A stretch of 64,000 nt of DNA. Origin: an uncultured Oscillospiraceae bacterium (GTDB taxonomy: Bacteria > Bacillota > Clostridia > Oscillospirales > Oscillospiraceae). This document shows positions 1 to 11,300 of the stretch, one piece after another. The stretch spans positions 113-64,112 of the forward strand of contig CAJUEG010000005.1 in the NCBI GenBank assembly GCA_910584835.1. Reading direction: 5' to 3'. The position numbers and the translations under genes were made by a program. The notes below the pieces were generated by a model. That model did no database searches and was not told where the DNA came from. It saw only the letters and a list, made by a program, of their open reading frames with translations. How positions within the stretch are numbered: the first letter of the stretch is position 1; each line of letters begins with the position of its first letter.

Positions 1-1
1 C

Positions 2-1138
2 GGTGCATTTGCCACATACGGCTATAAGAAAGACCCCAACGACAAAAACAGCCTTTTGATAGATGAAGAAGCGGCAGAAGTCGTAAGAAGCGTTTATCAT
101 TGGTTTGTGAATGAGGGGTACAGCAAAATGGGGATTGCAAAAAGGCTGAACAGCATGGGAGAGCCTAACCCCGAAGCCTATAAAAAGAAAAAGGGGCTAA
201 AGTATAATAATCCTAATTCCAGCAAAAATGATGGTTTATGGTCTGCCAGTACGGTTGCAAGGATATTGCAGAATGAAATTTATACCGGCGTGATGGTGCA
301 AGGACGTCACCGCATCATCAGCTACAAAGTACACAAGCAAATCGCTGTTCCCGAAGATGAATGGTTTGTTGTCCCCAACACTCACGAAGCAATCATTGAC
401 AGGGAAACTTTTGAAAAAGCACAAGCCTTGCACAATCGTGACACAAGGACAGCGCCGGGCAAGCAAAAAGTCTATATATTGTCTGGCTTTGTCCGCTGTG
501 CCGACTGTAAAAAGGCTATGCGGCGGAAAACCGCCCGCAATCTCGCCTATTATGCCTGTCGCACTTTTACCGACAAAAAGACTTGCAGTAAGCATTCTAT
601 CCGGCAGGACAAGTTAGAAGAAGCGGTTTTAGCCGCCCTGCAAATGCAGATTGCTCTTGTGGACAAACTATCAGAAGAAATTGAACGGATAAACAACGCG
701 CCTGTTATTAACCGGGAAAACAAGCGATTGACCCTCGCGTTGAAACAGGCAGAGAAACAGCTAAAGCAACATAATGACGCTTCCGACAGCTTATACCTTG
801 ACTGGAAAAGCGGCGACATTACCAAAGATGAATACCGCCGCTTAAAAGGCAAGATTGCCGAGCAGATTGCCCAGCTTGAACAGAATATTTCTTATCTAAA
901 AGAGGAAATGCAAGTGATGGCTGACGGTATCGACACCGACGACCCCTATCTTACTGCTTTTCTAAAGCACAAGAATATCCAAACCCTTAATCGCGGTATC
1001 GTGGTGGAATTGGTTAATATGGTTTGGGTGCATGAAAACGGGGAAATAACGGTGGACTTCAATTTTGCCGACGAGTATCAACGCATACTTGATTACATTG
1101 AGAACAATCACAACATCCTTACGGTGATAGATCGTTGA
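2..1138 (+). CDS. Large serine recombinase, 3' part (recombinase domain, Zn ribbon, coiled coil); 5' end is outside the window
   Basis: Frame open from base 2: GAFATYGYKKDP...; W..STV..IL.NE.Y.G; HEAII; LSGFVRCADC...YYAC...C Zn ribbon; coiled coil. Confidence 0.9.
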   Translation, partial: GAFATYGYKKDPNDKNSLLIDEEAAEVVRSVYHWFVNEGYSKMGIAKRLNSMGEPNPEAYKKKKGLKYNNPNSSKNDGLWSASTVARILQNEIYTGVMVQGRHRIISYKVHKQIAVPEDEWFVVPNTHEAIIDRETFEKAQALHNRDTRTAPGKQKVYILSGFVRCADCKKAMRRKTARNLAYYACRTFTDKKTCSKHSIRQDKLEEAVLAALQMQIALVDKLSEEIERINNAPVINRENKRLTLALKQAEKQLKQHNDASDSLYLDWKSGDITKDEYRRLKGKIAEQIAQLEQNISYLKEEMQVMADGIDTDDPYLTAFLKHKNIQTLNRGIVVELVNMVWVHENGEITVDFNFADEYQRILDYIENNHNILTVIDR

Positions 1139-1171
1139 GCCCGCGATATAGCAGGCTCAACGATCTATCAC
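1124..1171. terminator. 18-bp perfect inverted repeat over the recombinase stop codon
   Basis: GTGATAGATCGTTGAGCC (1124-1141) / GGCTCAACGATCTATCAC (1154-1171). Confidence 0.6.
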
Positions 1172-1181
1172 TAAGCAAAAG

Positions 1182-1757
1182 CTAATGTTGTGCATAAATA
1201 AGCGGCGCAGTAGCGCCTGTGGCCCCGGTGGGGCCGGTGGGGCCGGTGGGGCCGGTGGCGCCGGCAGCGCCATCCGCGCCGGTGGCTCCGGCAGCGCCGG
1301 GCAGGCCGTCCGCGCCGGTAGGCCCGATGGGACCCGCAGCGCCGTCCAGGCCGGTGGCTCCCTCCGCCCCGGCAGGGCCTTCCGGGCCGGTAGGGCCGGT
1401 GGGGCCGACAGCTCCGGTGGCGGGCCCGGTGGGGCCGGTGGGACCGGCGGCCCCAGTGGGGCCGGTGAATACCGGCGCGTCCAGCGCCGCGCTCAGCTTC
1501 GCTCCCAGCAGCAGCTGCTGCTGGGTAATCTCATCCAGCGTCCGCTGGACGCTTTTGTTGACATCCAAAACGTCCTCAATGTCCGCACCGCCGCTGAGAC
1601 CGGGCAGGGTACCCAGAACGTATTGCAGCTTCTCGCCCTCGGCATTCAAAATGTGGCTCAGGCTCAGCTCCTCGGCGGCGATGGAGGCAATGATCTCATT
1701 GACGCTTCCGTCCCGGGTCAGAGGGGGATCAATGATGGGAAAATTGGGCTGCGACAT
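1182..1757 (-). pseudogene. Collagen-like spore-surface (BclA-like) protein, 5' part, apparently interrupted at ~1200
   Basis: Conserved N-domain [22 protein letters not shown] plus GPT/GAT triplets; ends [10 protein letters not shown] without the C-terminal domain present in the paralog. Confidence 0.6.
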
Positions 1758-1771
1758 ACCGTTGCACCTCC

Positions 1772-2884
<1,113 letters not shown>

Positions 2885-2958
2885 GGACAAAACTCCTTTC
2901 CAGACGGCGTAAGCCGGTTGTTTGGCCGGATAGACCGGCCCCGGCAGACGCCTGATAT

Positions 2959-2986
2959 ATCGTATGTGCCCGCAGTCCGGCAGGTT
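2959..2986 (-). promoter_or_regulatory. SigK-like promoter for the collagen-like genes
   Basis: Minus strand AACC-N16-CATACGAT matches mACm-N16-CATAnnnT. Confidence 0.5.
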
Positions 2987-3122
2987 CCGTCTTTCGACAT
3001 TCTCCAATGGGGAGCCGTGCGCATAAAATGGACCGGCGGCGCGGACCACGCGCCGTACATCCGCCGCTTTCTGCCCAAAGGAGAACATTCCGAAAGGGAG
3101 CGGTGATTGGAGTAGGTAAGAT

Positions 3123-3905
3123 ATGTCTATGCCTTCTTTTCCTCCCTGTGGGGCGGATATGACAAAAGATGAGGCGCTTACGATGATTATTGCCTCCATT
3201 GCCATGGAGGAGCTGGCACTCAGCCATATTTTGAATGCCGAAGGCGAGAAGCTTCAATATATTCTGGGCACACTCCCGGGAGGGCAGAAAATCTGCGCCA
3301 GCCCCCAGGAGGTTTTGGCGGTAAACAAGAGTGTGACAGAGCTGCTGAACACTGTGATGCAAAGCCAAATGCTGCTGAAGGGAAAAATGGAAAAGGCACT
3401 GGAGGCCGGAAGCTGCACACCCGCGCCGGAGCCGCCCTGTCCGGGAGGCCCGTCCTGCGGCGGCAGCCCGTGCTGCCAGAAAAGTGCGATTCAGCTGGTC
3501 GGCCGGTGTGATGGCTTTTCCTGGGACAATGGTTTTTTCCTGCCTTGGAAATGCAGGGGACGCAGGGGCTGCGGCATTCGCTGGAGTGAGGAAATGCCCG
3601 GACTGGTGAATTTGGACCCGAAGAAAACCTATGGGTTGAATTACACCATAAATGTCCGCGGCCCGTACCGCGGGGACGGCGCGGGAGCCATCTTTGTCAG
3701 GCTCACACCTTGCGATGCGTTTCAGGAGGTGCCGCCCCTTTATTTTTCTGTAAAATGCTTGGAGTGCGCCCCCTTGACGCTGCAGTATTCCACCATACTT
3801 TTCCCGCAGGAGCATCCTGTTCCCTGCGCCGACCTTTCCCTGCTTCTGAATTATGGAGGCAGCCTTTTTGTAGAGCAGGCGTCCCTTGACATCTATGAGA
3901 TTTAG
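3123..3905 (+). CDS. Cys/Pro-rich spore-associated protein sharing the N-terminal domain of the collagen-like proteins
   Basis: MSMPSFP...[25 protein letters not shown]; divergent from its paralogs. Confidence 0.7.
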   Translation: MSMPSFPPCGADMTKDEALTMIIASIAMEELALSHILNAEGEKLQYILGTLPGGQKICASPQEVLAVNKSVTELLNTVMQSQMLLKGKMEKALEAGSCTPAPEPPCPGGPSCGGSPCCQKSAIQLVGRCDGFSWDNGFFLPWKCRGRRGCGIRWSEEMPGLVNLDPKKTYGLNYTINVRGPYRGDGAGAIFVRLTPCDAFQEVPPLYFSVKCLECAPLTLQYSTILFPQEHPVPCADLSLLLNYGGSLFVEQASLDIYEI

Positions 3906-4204
3906 GCATTGATTTGCCCAGCACTGTTTTAACTCCGGGTTCCTCCAGACCGCGTTTGACTCTGCGTACCCTCCGCTGCCCCTCCTCCCGACAGTGTCTG
4001 ATGGCAGCGCATCACGCCATAAGAAGGGCTGTCAACCGGCCTGACTGTCCATTTCGAGCAGAAAAAAGGCCCACTCAGGCAGAACCTATTGTCTGACGCC
4101 AAAATTTCTGTTATGGTGTAGATGTAACTGTGGGTCCGGCAAGCTGCCGGGGCCATCAAGAAAAAATCGGCGAAGAGGTACCCTTTGCCGGAACAGGGGG
4201 AAAC

Positions 4205-4492
4205 ATGAACAAACAGGAATTAATTGAGCGCATGGCGGATAAGACCAAGCTGACAAAAAAGGACTGCGGCGCCGTCCTGGACAGCCTGCTGTCCACAGTC
4301 ACGGAGGCTTTGCAGGAGAGGGAACCCGTCAAGCTGAGCGGCTTTGGCAGCTTTGAGGCAAAGCGCCGGGCGGCCAGAACGGGGCGCAACCCGCAGACGA
4401 GAGAAACCGTAGAGATCCCGGCGCAGATTGTCCCCGCGTTCAAAGCGGGGAAGGGGCTGAAAGAAAGCGTGGCCGGCCAAAGAGAGAACTAA
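4205..4492 (+). CDS. hup: HU family DNA-binding protein
   Basis: MNKQELI...LSGFGSFE...RAARTGRNPQT...PAFKAGKGLKE. Confidence 0.95.
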   Translation: MNKQELIERMADKTKLTKKDCGAVLDSLLSTVTEALQEREPVKLSGFGSFEAKRRAARTGRNPQTRETVEIPAQIVPAFKAGKGLKESVAGQREN

Positions 4493-4576
4493 CTGCGCAT
4501 TTGCGGCGGCGGTCAGGCTCCGCGCGCAAGCGGGACAAATGCTGCGAAGCCCTATTGAGAACCAGGGGGAAAACAC

Positions 4577-5188
4577 TTGAAAAAACTAGCAATTCTTTTT
4601 GCGCTGACGCTCTGCGCAGCGCTGGCGGGCTGCAGCCAGCCCGCCCAGGGCGAAGAATCTCCTGCGCCGCAGGAATCTTCCAAAGCCGAAGTTATCACTG
4701 CTTCTCCGGCTGACGAGTCTGATGAACCAAGGCCGCCGGAGGGGGAACGGACGGTCACGCTTTATATCGGCACAAAGGCCGGGGGGTTTGCGGAGTACGC
4801 CATGACCTACGAGGGGGAGCTGACCCCGGAAGCGTTGATCCAGGGGATCGCGGATCTGACCGGCTGGGATTTGACCCTGGCGGAGAGCGTCACCAGCGGC
4901 AAGGGAGGGATGGGCGTGTGCCTGTCCAGCGAATCAGCCCTGTTTACCGGCCCTCCCGACCCGCAGAAAGAGGAGTTCCGTATGTACGATGTGGGTCAGC
5001 TTGCGGAGACAATTTTGGACAGCATCCAAAAAACCTTGCAGGAGGGCTTTACTTTGGAGGGCGGCGACCCGGATACACTGGATATTTGGTACTACATGGA
5101 GGGAACGAAGCCTTTGGAGCTTCCCGCCCTGGGGCTGTCCTGGCCGATTGACCAGCCGTATCAATGGACAGGAGCGAGAAGTGAGTAG
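4577..5188 (+). CDS. Hypothetical lipoprotein
   Basis: Signal peptide with lipobox LAGC. Confidence 0.75.
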   Translation: MKKLAILFALTLCAALAGCSQPAQGEESPAPQESSKAEVITASPADESDEPRPPEGERTVTLYIGTKAGGFAEYAMTYEGELTPEALIQGIADLTGWDLTLAESVTSGKGGMGVCLSSESALFTGPPDPQKEEFRMYDVGQLAETILDSIQKTLQEGFTLEGGDPDTLDIWYYMEGTKPLELPALGLSWPIDQPYQWTGARSE

Positions 5189-5229
5189 TATCAGTGTTTT
5201 TATGCTGTTTGCCCAGAGCGTCGAACTGC

Positions 5230-5269
5230 AAAAGGCGGCGGGGGAGTGAAATCCCCAGCCGCCTTTTTT
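5230..5269 (+). terminator. Rho-independent terminator
   Basis: AAAGGCGGC..GGGGA / TCCCC.GCCGCCTTT hairpin followed by T-run. Confidence 0.65.
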
Positions 5270-5709
5270 AACGCCTGCCGGCAGAAGAAAAGTCGCGCCG
5301 CACAGCCTCGATAAGGTACAATAAATTGCGAAAAAAGGAAAAGGATAAGGCGAATGCCCTCCTGCGCCGTGTTTTTTGAAACAATCGGCGCCGGGAAAAT
5401 TCTTCTTTGGCCCATTGCTCACAGGGCATGTCCGAACAGGCGCAAACGCGTGGCGGAACTGGACTTTCCGGCTCCCTGCGGCCCTTGCTTCAGCGGACAA
5501 ATTTGGCGAGCTGTCCGCCAGTCTGGGCGTTCTCCGGCGATCCCCCTTGTTTTTTACGGGAAATGACACTATAATAGGCTGAGAAACCGTTTCAGCCATA
5601 GATGTTTGCTGTCCCATGAAATTTGTCAGGGTTTCTGCATATTTCCCTGGCGCCCGCGGAGATTTTTGTCGCGGGTCCGCACATGCAAAGCATATTCGGA
5701 GGTGACAGA

Positions 5710-6723
5710 ATGCCAGAGCGCCCAACGTTAAAGACCATCGGGCAGATAGCGGGATTGTCCCACGTAGCGGTGTCCAAGGCGTTGCGGGATGCCCCGGACA
5801 TCTCCGCCGCCACCAAAGAGCGTGTGAAAAGAATTGCCGATGAATTGGGGTATACACCCAATGTGGCGGCCAGAAACCTCTATCTCCGGCGCACCAGCGC
5901 CATCGGCATGATCGTCCCCGCCATGGGGGACAACACGGCCTATGACCTTATTTTTAACGAAGTCAGCGCGGCAGCGGCGGCGCTGGACTTCTGCGTCATG
6001 CTGGGCAGCAGCCACCGCAGCCCTCAGCTGGAGGCGCGCCATTGCGGCATGATGGTGGGCAATCAGGTGGGGGCGCTGATCGTGGCGCCCTGCACCAGCG
6101 ACGTATCCCATATCAAAGCGGCCTGCGGCCCTACGCCCGTCATTTTCATAGGAGGCAAAACCGATCTGGAGGAGGAGTACGCCCTGGTGTGCGACTATCG
6201 CCACAGCGGGACGCTGGCGGTGGAGCATTTGACCGGGCTGGGCCACAGAGACATTGTCCTGCTCACCTATGAGCCGGAGAACCGCACGATCCTGCAAAAG
6301 GAGGAGGGCTTTTCCGCGGCGATGAAATCCCGGGGCCTCACGCCCCGGATTCTTCGGACGGGGAACGCCGCCGATGCGATGCGGGCGGGGATGGAGGCGG
6401 TGAAGCTGCTGCTGGAGGGAGGAGGGCTGCCCACCGCCATCTGGTGCGCCAGCGACTATATGGCGGTGGGGGCTGTCAGCGCCCTGAGGCGCCATGGGCT
6501 GTCCGTCCCGGGCGACATCTCCGTGATGGGGCACGACGATCTCTATTCCGGCCTGTACCCGGAAGCGGGCCTCACCACCCTGCGCACGCCGATGGCGGAG
6601 ATGGGCAAGGCGGCGGTGGAGCTGGCCATCGCCTTGATTGAGCACGACAGCCGGATTCATCCCCGGCAGGTATTTCGGTCCTCCCTGGTGGTTCGCGGCA
6701 GCACCGGGGCGGTCCGGCCCTGA
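5710..6723 (+). CDS. LacI family transcriptional regulator
   Basis: TLKTIGQIAGLSHVAVSKAL HTH; LGYTPN; VPGDISVMGHDD; LVVRGST. Confidence 0.92.
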   Translation: MPERPTLKTIGQIAGLSHVAVSKALRDAPDISAATKERVKRIADELGYTPNVAARNLYLRRTSAIGMIVPAMGDNTAYDLIFNEVSAAAAALDFCVMLGSSHRSPQLEARHCGMMVGNQVGALIVAPCTSDVSHIKAACGPTPVIFIGGKTDLEEEYALVCDYRHSGTLAVEHLTGLGHRDIVLLTYEPENRTILQKEEGFSAAMKSRGLTPRILRTGNAADAMRAGMEAVKLLLEGGGLPTAIWCASDYMAVGAVSALRRHGLSVPGDISVMGHDDLYSGLYPEAGLTTLRTPMAEMGKAAVELAIALIEHDSRIHPRQVFRSSLVVRGSTGAVRP

Positions 6724-6748
6724 TCTTCCAAAGAAAGGGATCAGCTTT

Positions 6749-8101
6749 ATGGAAGAGCGCAAACAGCGGCAGACCCCTCATGTCTTCGTAATTCTGGCCG
6801 TCCTTCTCCTGCTGGCCTCGGCGCTGACCTGGCTGGTGCCTGCCGGGAGCTACAAGCGGGAATTCCATGAGGCCGCCGGTCAGACGGTGGTGGTGCCGGG
6901 CAGCTTTGCCTACACGGAGCCGTCCCCGGTGGCCCCATGGCAGCTGCCCCGGCTCCTCTTTGAGGCCCTCACCACCGGTTCCGCCCCGCAGCTGATTTTC
7001 TTTGTCCTGCTTCTGGGCGGGGCCTTTGAGATTATTCTTGAGAGCGGGGCGGTGACAGCCCTGTGCGCCTGGGTGATCCGGCGGTTCCAGCGGCGGCGGG
7101 CGTGGCTTGTTCCGGCCTTTTTGGCGGTATTTTCGGTGTTTGGCTTCACCATGGGGCTGACCACCGCCTCCATTATCTTTCTTCCGCTGGGGATGGCGGC
7201 GGCAAAGTCCCTGGGCTATGACGAGAAGACCGGCATGGCTATGGTGATGCTGGGCACCAACGCGGGCTTTGCGGCGGGAATTTACAACCCATTCTCTGTC
7301 GGCGTCGCCCAGACTATTGCGGAACTGCCCCCGTACTCCGGGGCATGGCTTCGGTGGCTGCTGCTGGCGGCGCTGGTGCCTGCCACTGCCGCTTACATTC
7401 TCCGAAGGGCCGGAGAGCCGGCATGTTCCGGGAAAGGGGAGCTCTTCGCGGAGCAGACCTTCTCTCCGCGGCAGGGGCTAATATTGGCCCTGCTGCTCGG
7501 GGCGCTGGCCCTGGTGGTCTGGGGCGTGGGGGCACAGGGCTGGAAGGTGCCGGAGATTGCCGCCGTCTTTCTGGCGCTGGGCGTCGTCTGCGGCGCGGCG
7601 GCCGGATTTTCAGCAAATCGGATCTGCGCTCTGGAGGTGGCGGGGTGCAGAAAGATGGTTTCCGGCGCGCTGACCATCGGCCTGGCCGCCGCTCTGCGGC
7701 TGGTGCTGGTGCGGGGCGGGATTCTGGACAGCGTGGTCTACGGACTGCTTCAACTGGTGGAGCGCCTGCCCGCCTGGGGCCAGCTCCTGGGAATGTTTTA
7801 CACCAACGCCCTGTTGGACCTGCTGATTACATCCGGCTCCGGCCACGCGGCGGTAGCTATGCCCCTGATGGTCCCGCTGGCCGACGCTCTGGGGCTCTCC
7901 CGGCAGGCGGCGGTGCTGGCCTTCCAGCTGGGAGACGGGCTGGTGAATCTGGTCTCTCCCATCTCCAACACGCTGGTGAGCTGCCTGGCCCTGTCGGGAG
8001 TCAGTTACCAGAAGTGGCTTCGGTATTTTTTGCCCCTGGTGGGAATCTATCTGATCATAGGCACAGGGTTTATGCTTCTGGCTGGTGCCGTGGGATATTA
8101 A
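6749..8101 (+). CDS. YfcC/DcuC-like membrane transporter
   Basis: PHVFVIL...TWLVPAGSY; multiple TM helices; SGSGHAAVAMPLMVPLAD; AFQLGDG. Confidence 0.85.
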   Translation: MEERKQRQTPHVFVILAVLLLLASALTWLVPAGSYKREFHEAAGQTVVVPGSFAYTEPSPVAPWQLPRLLFEALTTGSAPQLIFFVLLLGGAFEIILESGAVTALCAWVIRRFQRRRAWLVPAFLAVFSVFGFTMGLTTASIIFLPLGMAAAKSLGYDEKTGMAMVMLGTNAGFAAGIYNPFSVGVAQTIAELPPYSGAWLRWLLLAALVPATAAYILRRAGEPACSGKGELFAEQTFSPRQGLILALLLGALALVVWGVGAQGWKVPEIAAVFLALGVVCGAAAGFSANRICALEVAGCRKMVSGALTIGLAAALRLVLVRGGILDSVVYGLLQLVERLPAWGQLLGMFYTNALLDLLITSGSGHAAVAMPLMVPLADALGLSRQAAVLAFQLGDGLVNLVSPISNTLVSCLALSGVSYQKWLRYFLPLVGIYLIIGTGFMLLAGAVGY

Positions 8102-8114
8102 AATAGCGGATGAA

Positions 8115-8144
8115 AAGGCCGCGGGACCCAAAGTCCCGCGGCCT
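8115..8144 (+). terminator. Terminator-like hairpin
   Basis: AAGGCCGCGGGAC-ccaaa-GTCCCGCGGCCTT. Confidence 0.65.
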
Positions 8145-8174
8145 TCTGTATTTTGGCCAAAGCCTGGCCTGGTA

Positions 8175-8203
8175 TTGACAAATATGTGAATACATACTAT
8201 AAT
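8175..8203 (+). promoter_or_regulatory. Consensus SigA promoter
   Basis: TTGACA-N17-TATAAT. Confidence 0.85.
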
Positions 8204-8361
8204 ATACCTTGTTCTTTCACGAGAAAGTATATATTATGTTATAAAATTTCACGAGAAAGAGGCATGGGCGCCCCTTTGGGGCGGAAACGCTTGGCCTTAA
8301 GAGGGATGTACGGCGGGACCGCCGCTGGGCTGCGGCGAACTATTGTGGGGGAGGAACCGAT

Positions 8362-11300
8362 ATGAAACACAGGGGAGTGCTGGCCGCGTTGGCGCTGTGC
8401 CTGATGCTGGCGCTGCTGCCGGGAAATGCACGGGCCGCGGAGACGGACAGTAAGTGGGGCGGGATCGTCACATGGAGCTATAACGAGAGTACAAAGACGC
8501 TGACCGTCTCCGGCGCCGGGCCGATGCCGGACGGTCCTCCGCCCTGTGACGACCTGTACGCTGTGCAGGCCCTTGTCATTGACAGCGGCGTTACAACCAT
8601 CAGCGCCAAGTCATTTGAGTACTGCTCCAATCTTAAAGAGGTCACGATTCCGGCCAGCGTGGTCTCTATTGGAGACGAGGCGTTCCAGTCCTGCGGCAAG
8701 CTTGCCCAGGTCACTATCCCCGGCGACGGTGTTTCAATTGGGGACAGCGCGTTTGATTACTGCCAGGCGCTGACCAGCGCCGTCTTCTCCGGCAGCGTCG
8801 ATTCAATTGGCGACAATGCGTTCAACTACTGCAAAAGCCTTTCCAGCCTCATATTCGAAAACGACGTCGGATCAATTGGGCAAAACGCGTTTTATAGCTG
8901 CGATGCCCTGACCGACATTGTGTTTCAGGGTAAAGTGGGCCCGATTGGGCAGGCTGCGTTTTCCTACTGCAGGGAATTGAACGACATTGCCTTTTCCAAC
9001 GATGTTGAGTCCATTGGAAGCGAGGCGTTCAGCTGCTGCAGTAAGCTGACTGACGTTGCAATCAATGGCAGCGTGGGGCGCATTGGGGAATCGGCGTTTT
9101 ATGGCTGCGACGCCCTGACCTCGGTCATGATTTCCGGCAACGCGGCCTCCATCGGAAATAATGCGTTTGAGGGCCTGGAAAATCTTACGAAGTTTCATGT
9201 GGGCGGCACGCTGGGATCAATTGGAACGTATGCGTTTTACGACTGCACCGGGCTGACGGAGTTCCCGGCCGTCGACGGCGGCATGACCGGCCCTATCGCT
9301 ATCTATGCGTTCGCGGGCTGCACCGGATTTCACAGAATTATGCTCCCGGAGGGAGTTACCATTATCGGAGCCGCCTCCCTATACAGCTGCAGCAATCTGA
9401 CGGCGGTCTGGATACCCGACAGCGTGACAAGGATTGTCGATGGCGCCTTTGATTCGTGGACACTCAAGGACATCTATTACGGCGGGACGGAGGAACAGTG
9501 GAAGTCCGTCGAGGGATATGATGACGTGCAGAACGACGGCCTCCCGGTGATCCACTATGGCTGCAAACGTGAATTCCCGGAGACCGCCGCGGGGGACAAC
9601 GAAACGCTGCGGCGGCTGGTTCAAAACGGGATCGGCGCCGGACTCACTGAGATTGAGCTGACCGGCGACATCGATCTGGGCAGCGCTACGCTGCCCATTC
9701 AGGACAGGTGCAATCTTGTGCTGGATCTGAAGGGACACCGGATTACCTCCAGCGCCGACCCGGCCATCACGGTTGTGGGAAGTCTCACGGTGAAGGACAG
9801 CACGGAGAAGAGTTCTCCCGCCGTCGGCCAGGACAACCGCGTGAGCTACGCCTGCGACGGCATCATCAGCAGCACCGGCCTCTCGCGCGAGGTGATCGAT
9901 GTGCAGTTCGGCGGCTCCTTTACCCTTCTGGGCGGTACGGTGAGTGGCAACAGCAGTGATATCGCCATCAGGGTCACCGGAGCGCCGAGCGAGGACTCAA
10001 ACCCGGACGGCATGGAGACCACGGTAGACATCGACGGCGGTTATGTGGAGGCGGGAGGCCCTGCCATTTCGGTGTCCGGGGTATCTGGCTATGTGAGGGC
10101 AAACGGTGGTGTGATGCTCAGCCGGGGCGCCGCGGTCATTCTCAGCCCGGAGACGTCGGCGGAAAACAACACCCGCATTTCCGTGAGCGGCGGCACTTTG
10201 ATCAATAAGAGGACCGGCCAGCTCTCCTGCGGCATCTACCAGCCGCAGAACGGGAGCGTTAGCATTTACTCCGGCAGGATCATCGTCGAAAACGGCATTG
10301 GCGTTCTGGTGCGGGGGGAAGGGAGGCTGAGCGTATGGTGGTACAGATCACAGAAACTGCCGCCCGAGATCACCGCCGGCGGCTCCGGCACGGGTATCAT
10401 CGGCAGCTCGGACCTGGAGCTGTCTGCCGGAAAGAAAATCGTGCTGGATCATAAGAGCGGATATCCGCAAAGCGACAGGATGAGTTACGAGCTGAGCACC
10501 TCCTTAAACTCCTTAGCGCTGGAATTCCAGGCTGAAGCGCTTGCCGCCGACGGATATGAACTGAAACGCGAAGATCGGTTCACAGACCGGATCAGGTATA
10601 CCTTTGGCCCTATTGTCACCTACCAGATCACCTTTGACTCCAACGGTGGTACGGCCGTCACACCGGGCACCATGGAGACGGACACCAGCGGACGGATTGC
10701 CCAGCTTCCGGCGGAGCCTGTCCGAGAGGGATATGTGTTCAGGGGCTGGAGCACAGAGAAAGATGATCTCGCGTATAGGGTTGGGACCGGCAGTCAACTG
10801 CGGCGGGATACCACGCTCTACGCACTGTGGACGCCAAACGGGGCCCATATTATCAGCGTTTATTATTGTAATGACAGCGGCGTTGAGTACTTCATCGGGT
10901 ATAGAGTCACCGGCACAGACGGCGTGCTTAGCGACTGGCCCTCCCGGGATACCATTCACGGCCCAATTGTGGGCTGGTTTACCAACCCTGCCGGCGGCGA
11001 GGAGTACAGTGAAGACCATGTTTTTACCGGGGATACCAACGTCTATGGGCATCGGACCCCGGACACGCCCCCGCCCTATGACATCGCCTTCGATCCAAAC
11101 GGCGGCAGCGGCAGTGCGGTCACCATAACAACGGACGAAAAGGGAAGACTGGACAGCTGGCCTGCCGAACCCACCCGGGACGGATATGTCTTTATGGGAT
11201 GGGGCCGATGGCCAAGCGGCAGCTACCTGGTGGGGCAGAAGGAGACTTTCTTCCGCAGCGAGACCCTCTATGCTCAGTGGATGCAGGAGGGCGGCTACGT

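Larger units (their letters stand above)
1..1200. mobile_element. Right end of a second serine-recombinase element; boundary approximate
   Basis: AT-rich recombinase gene, abrupt switch to high GC at ~1200, adjoining collagen-like ORF ends abruptly there. Confidence 0.6.

Noticed and set aside
3022..3029. SigK/SigE promoter for the 3123 gene (CATAAAAT)
   Set aside because: The -10 fits but no -35 at the expected spacing.
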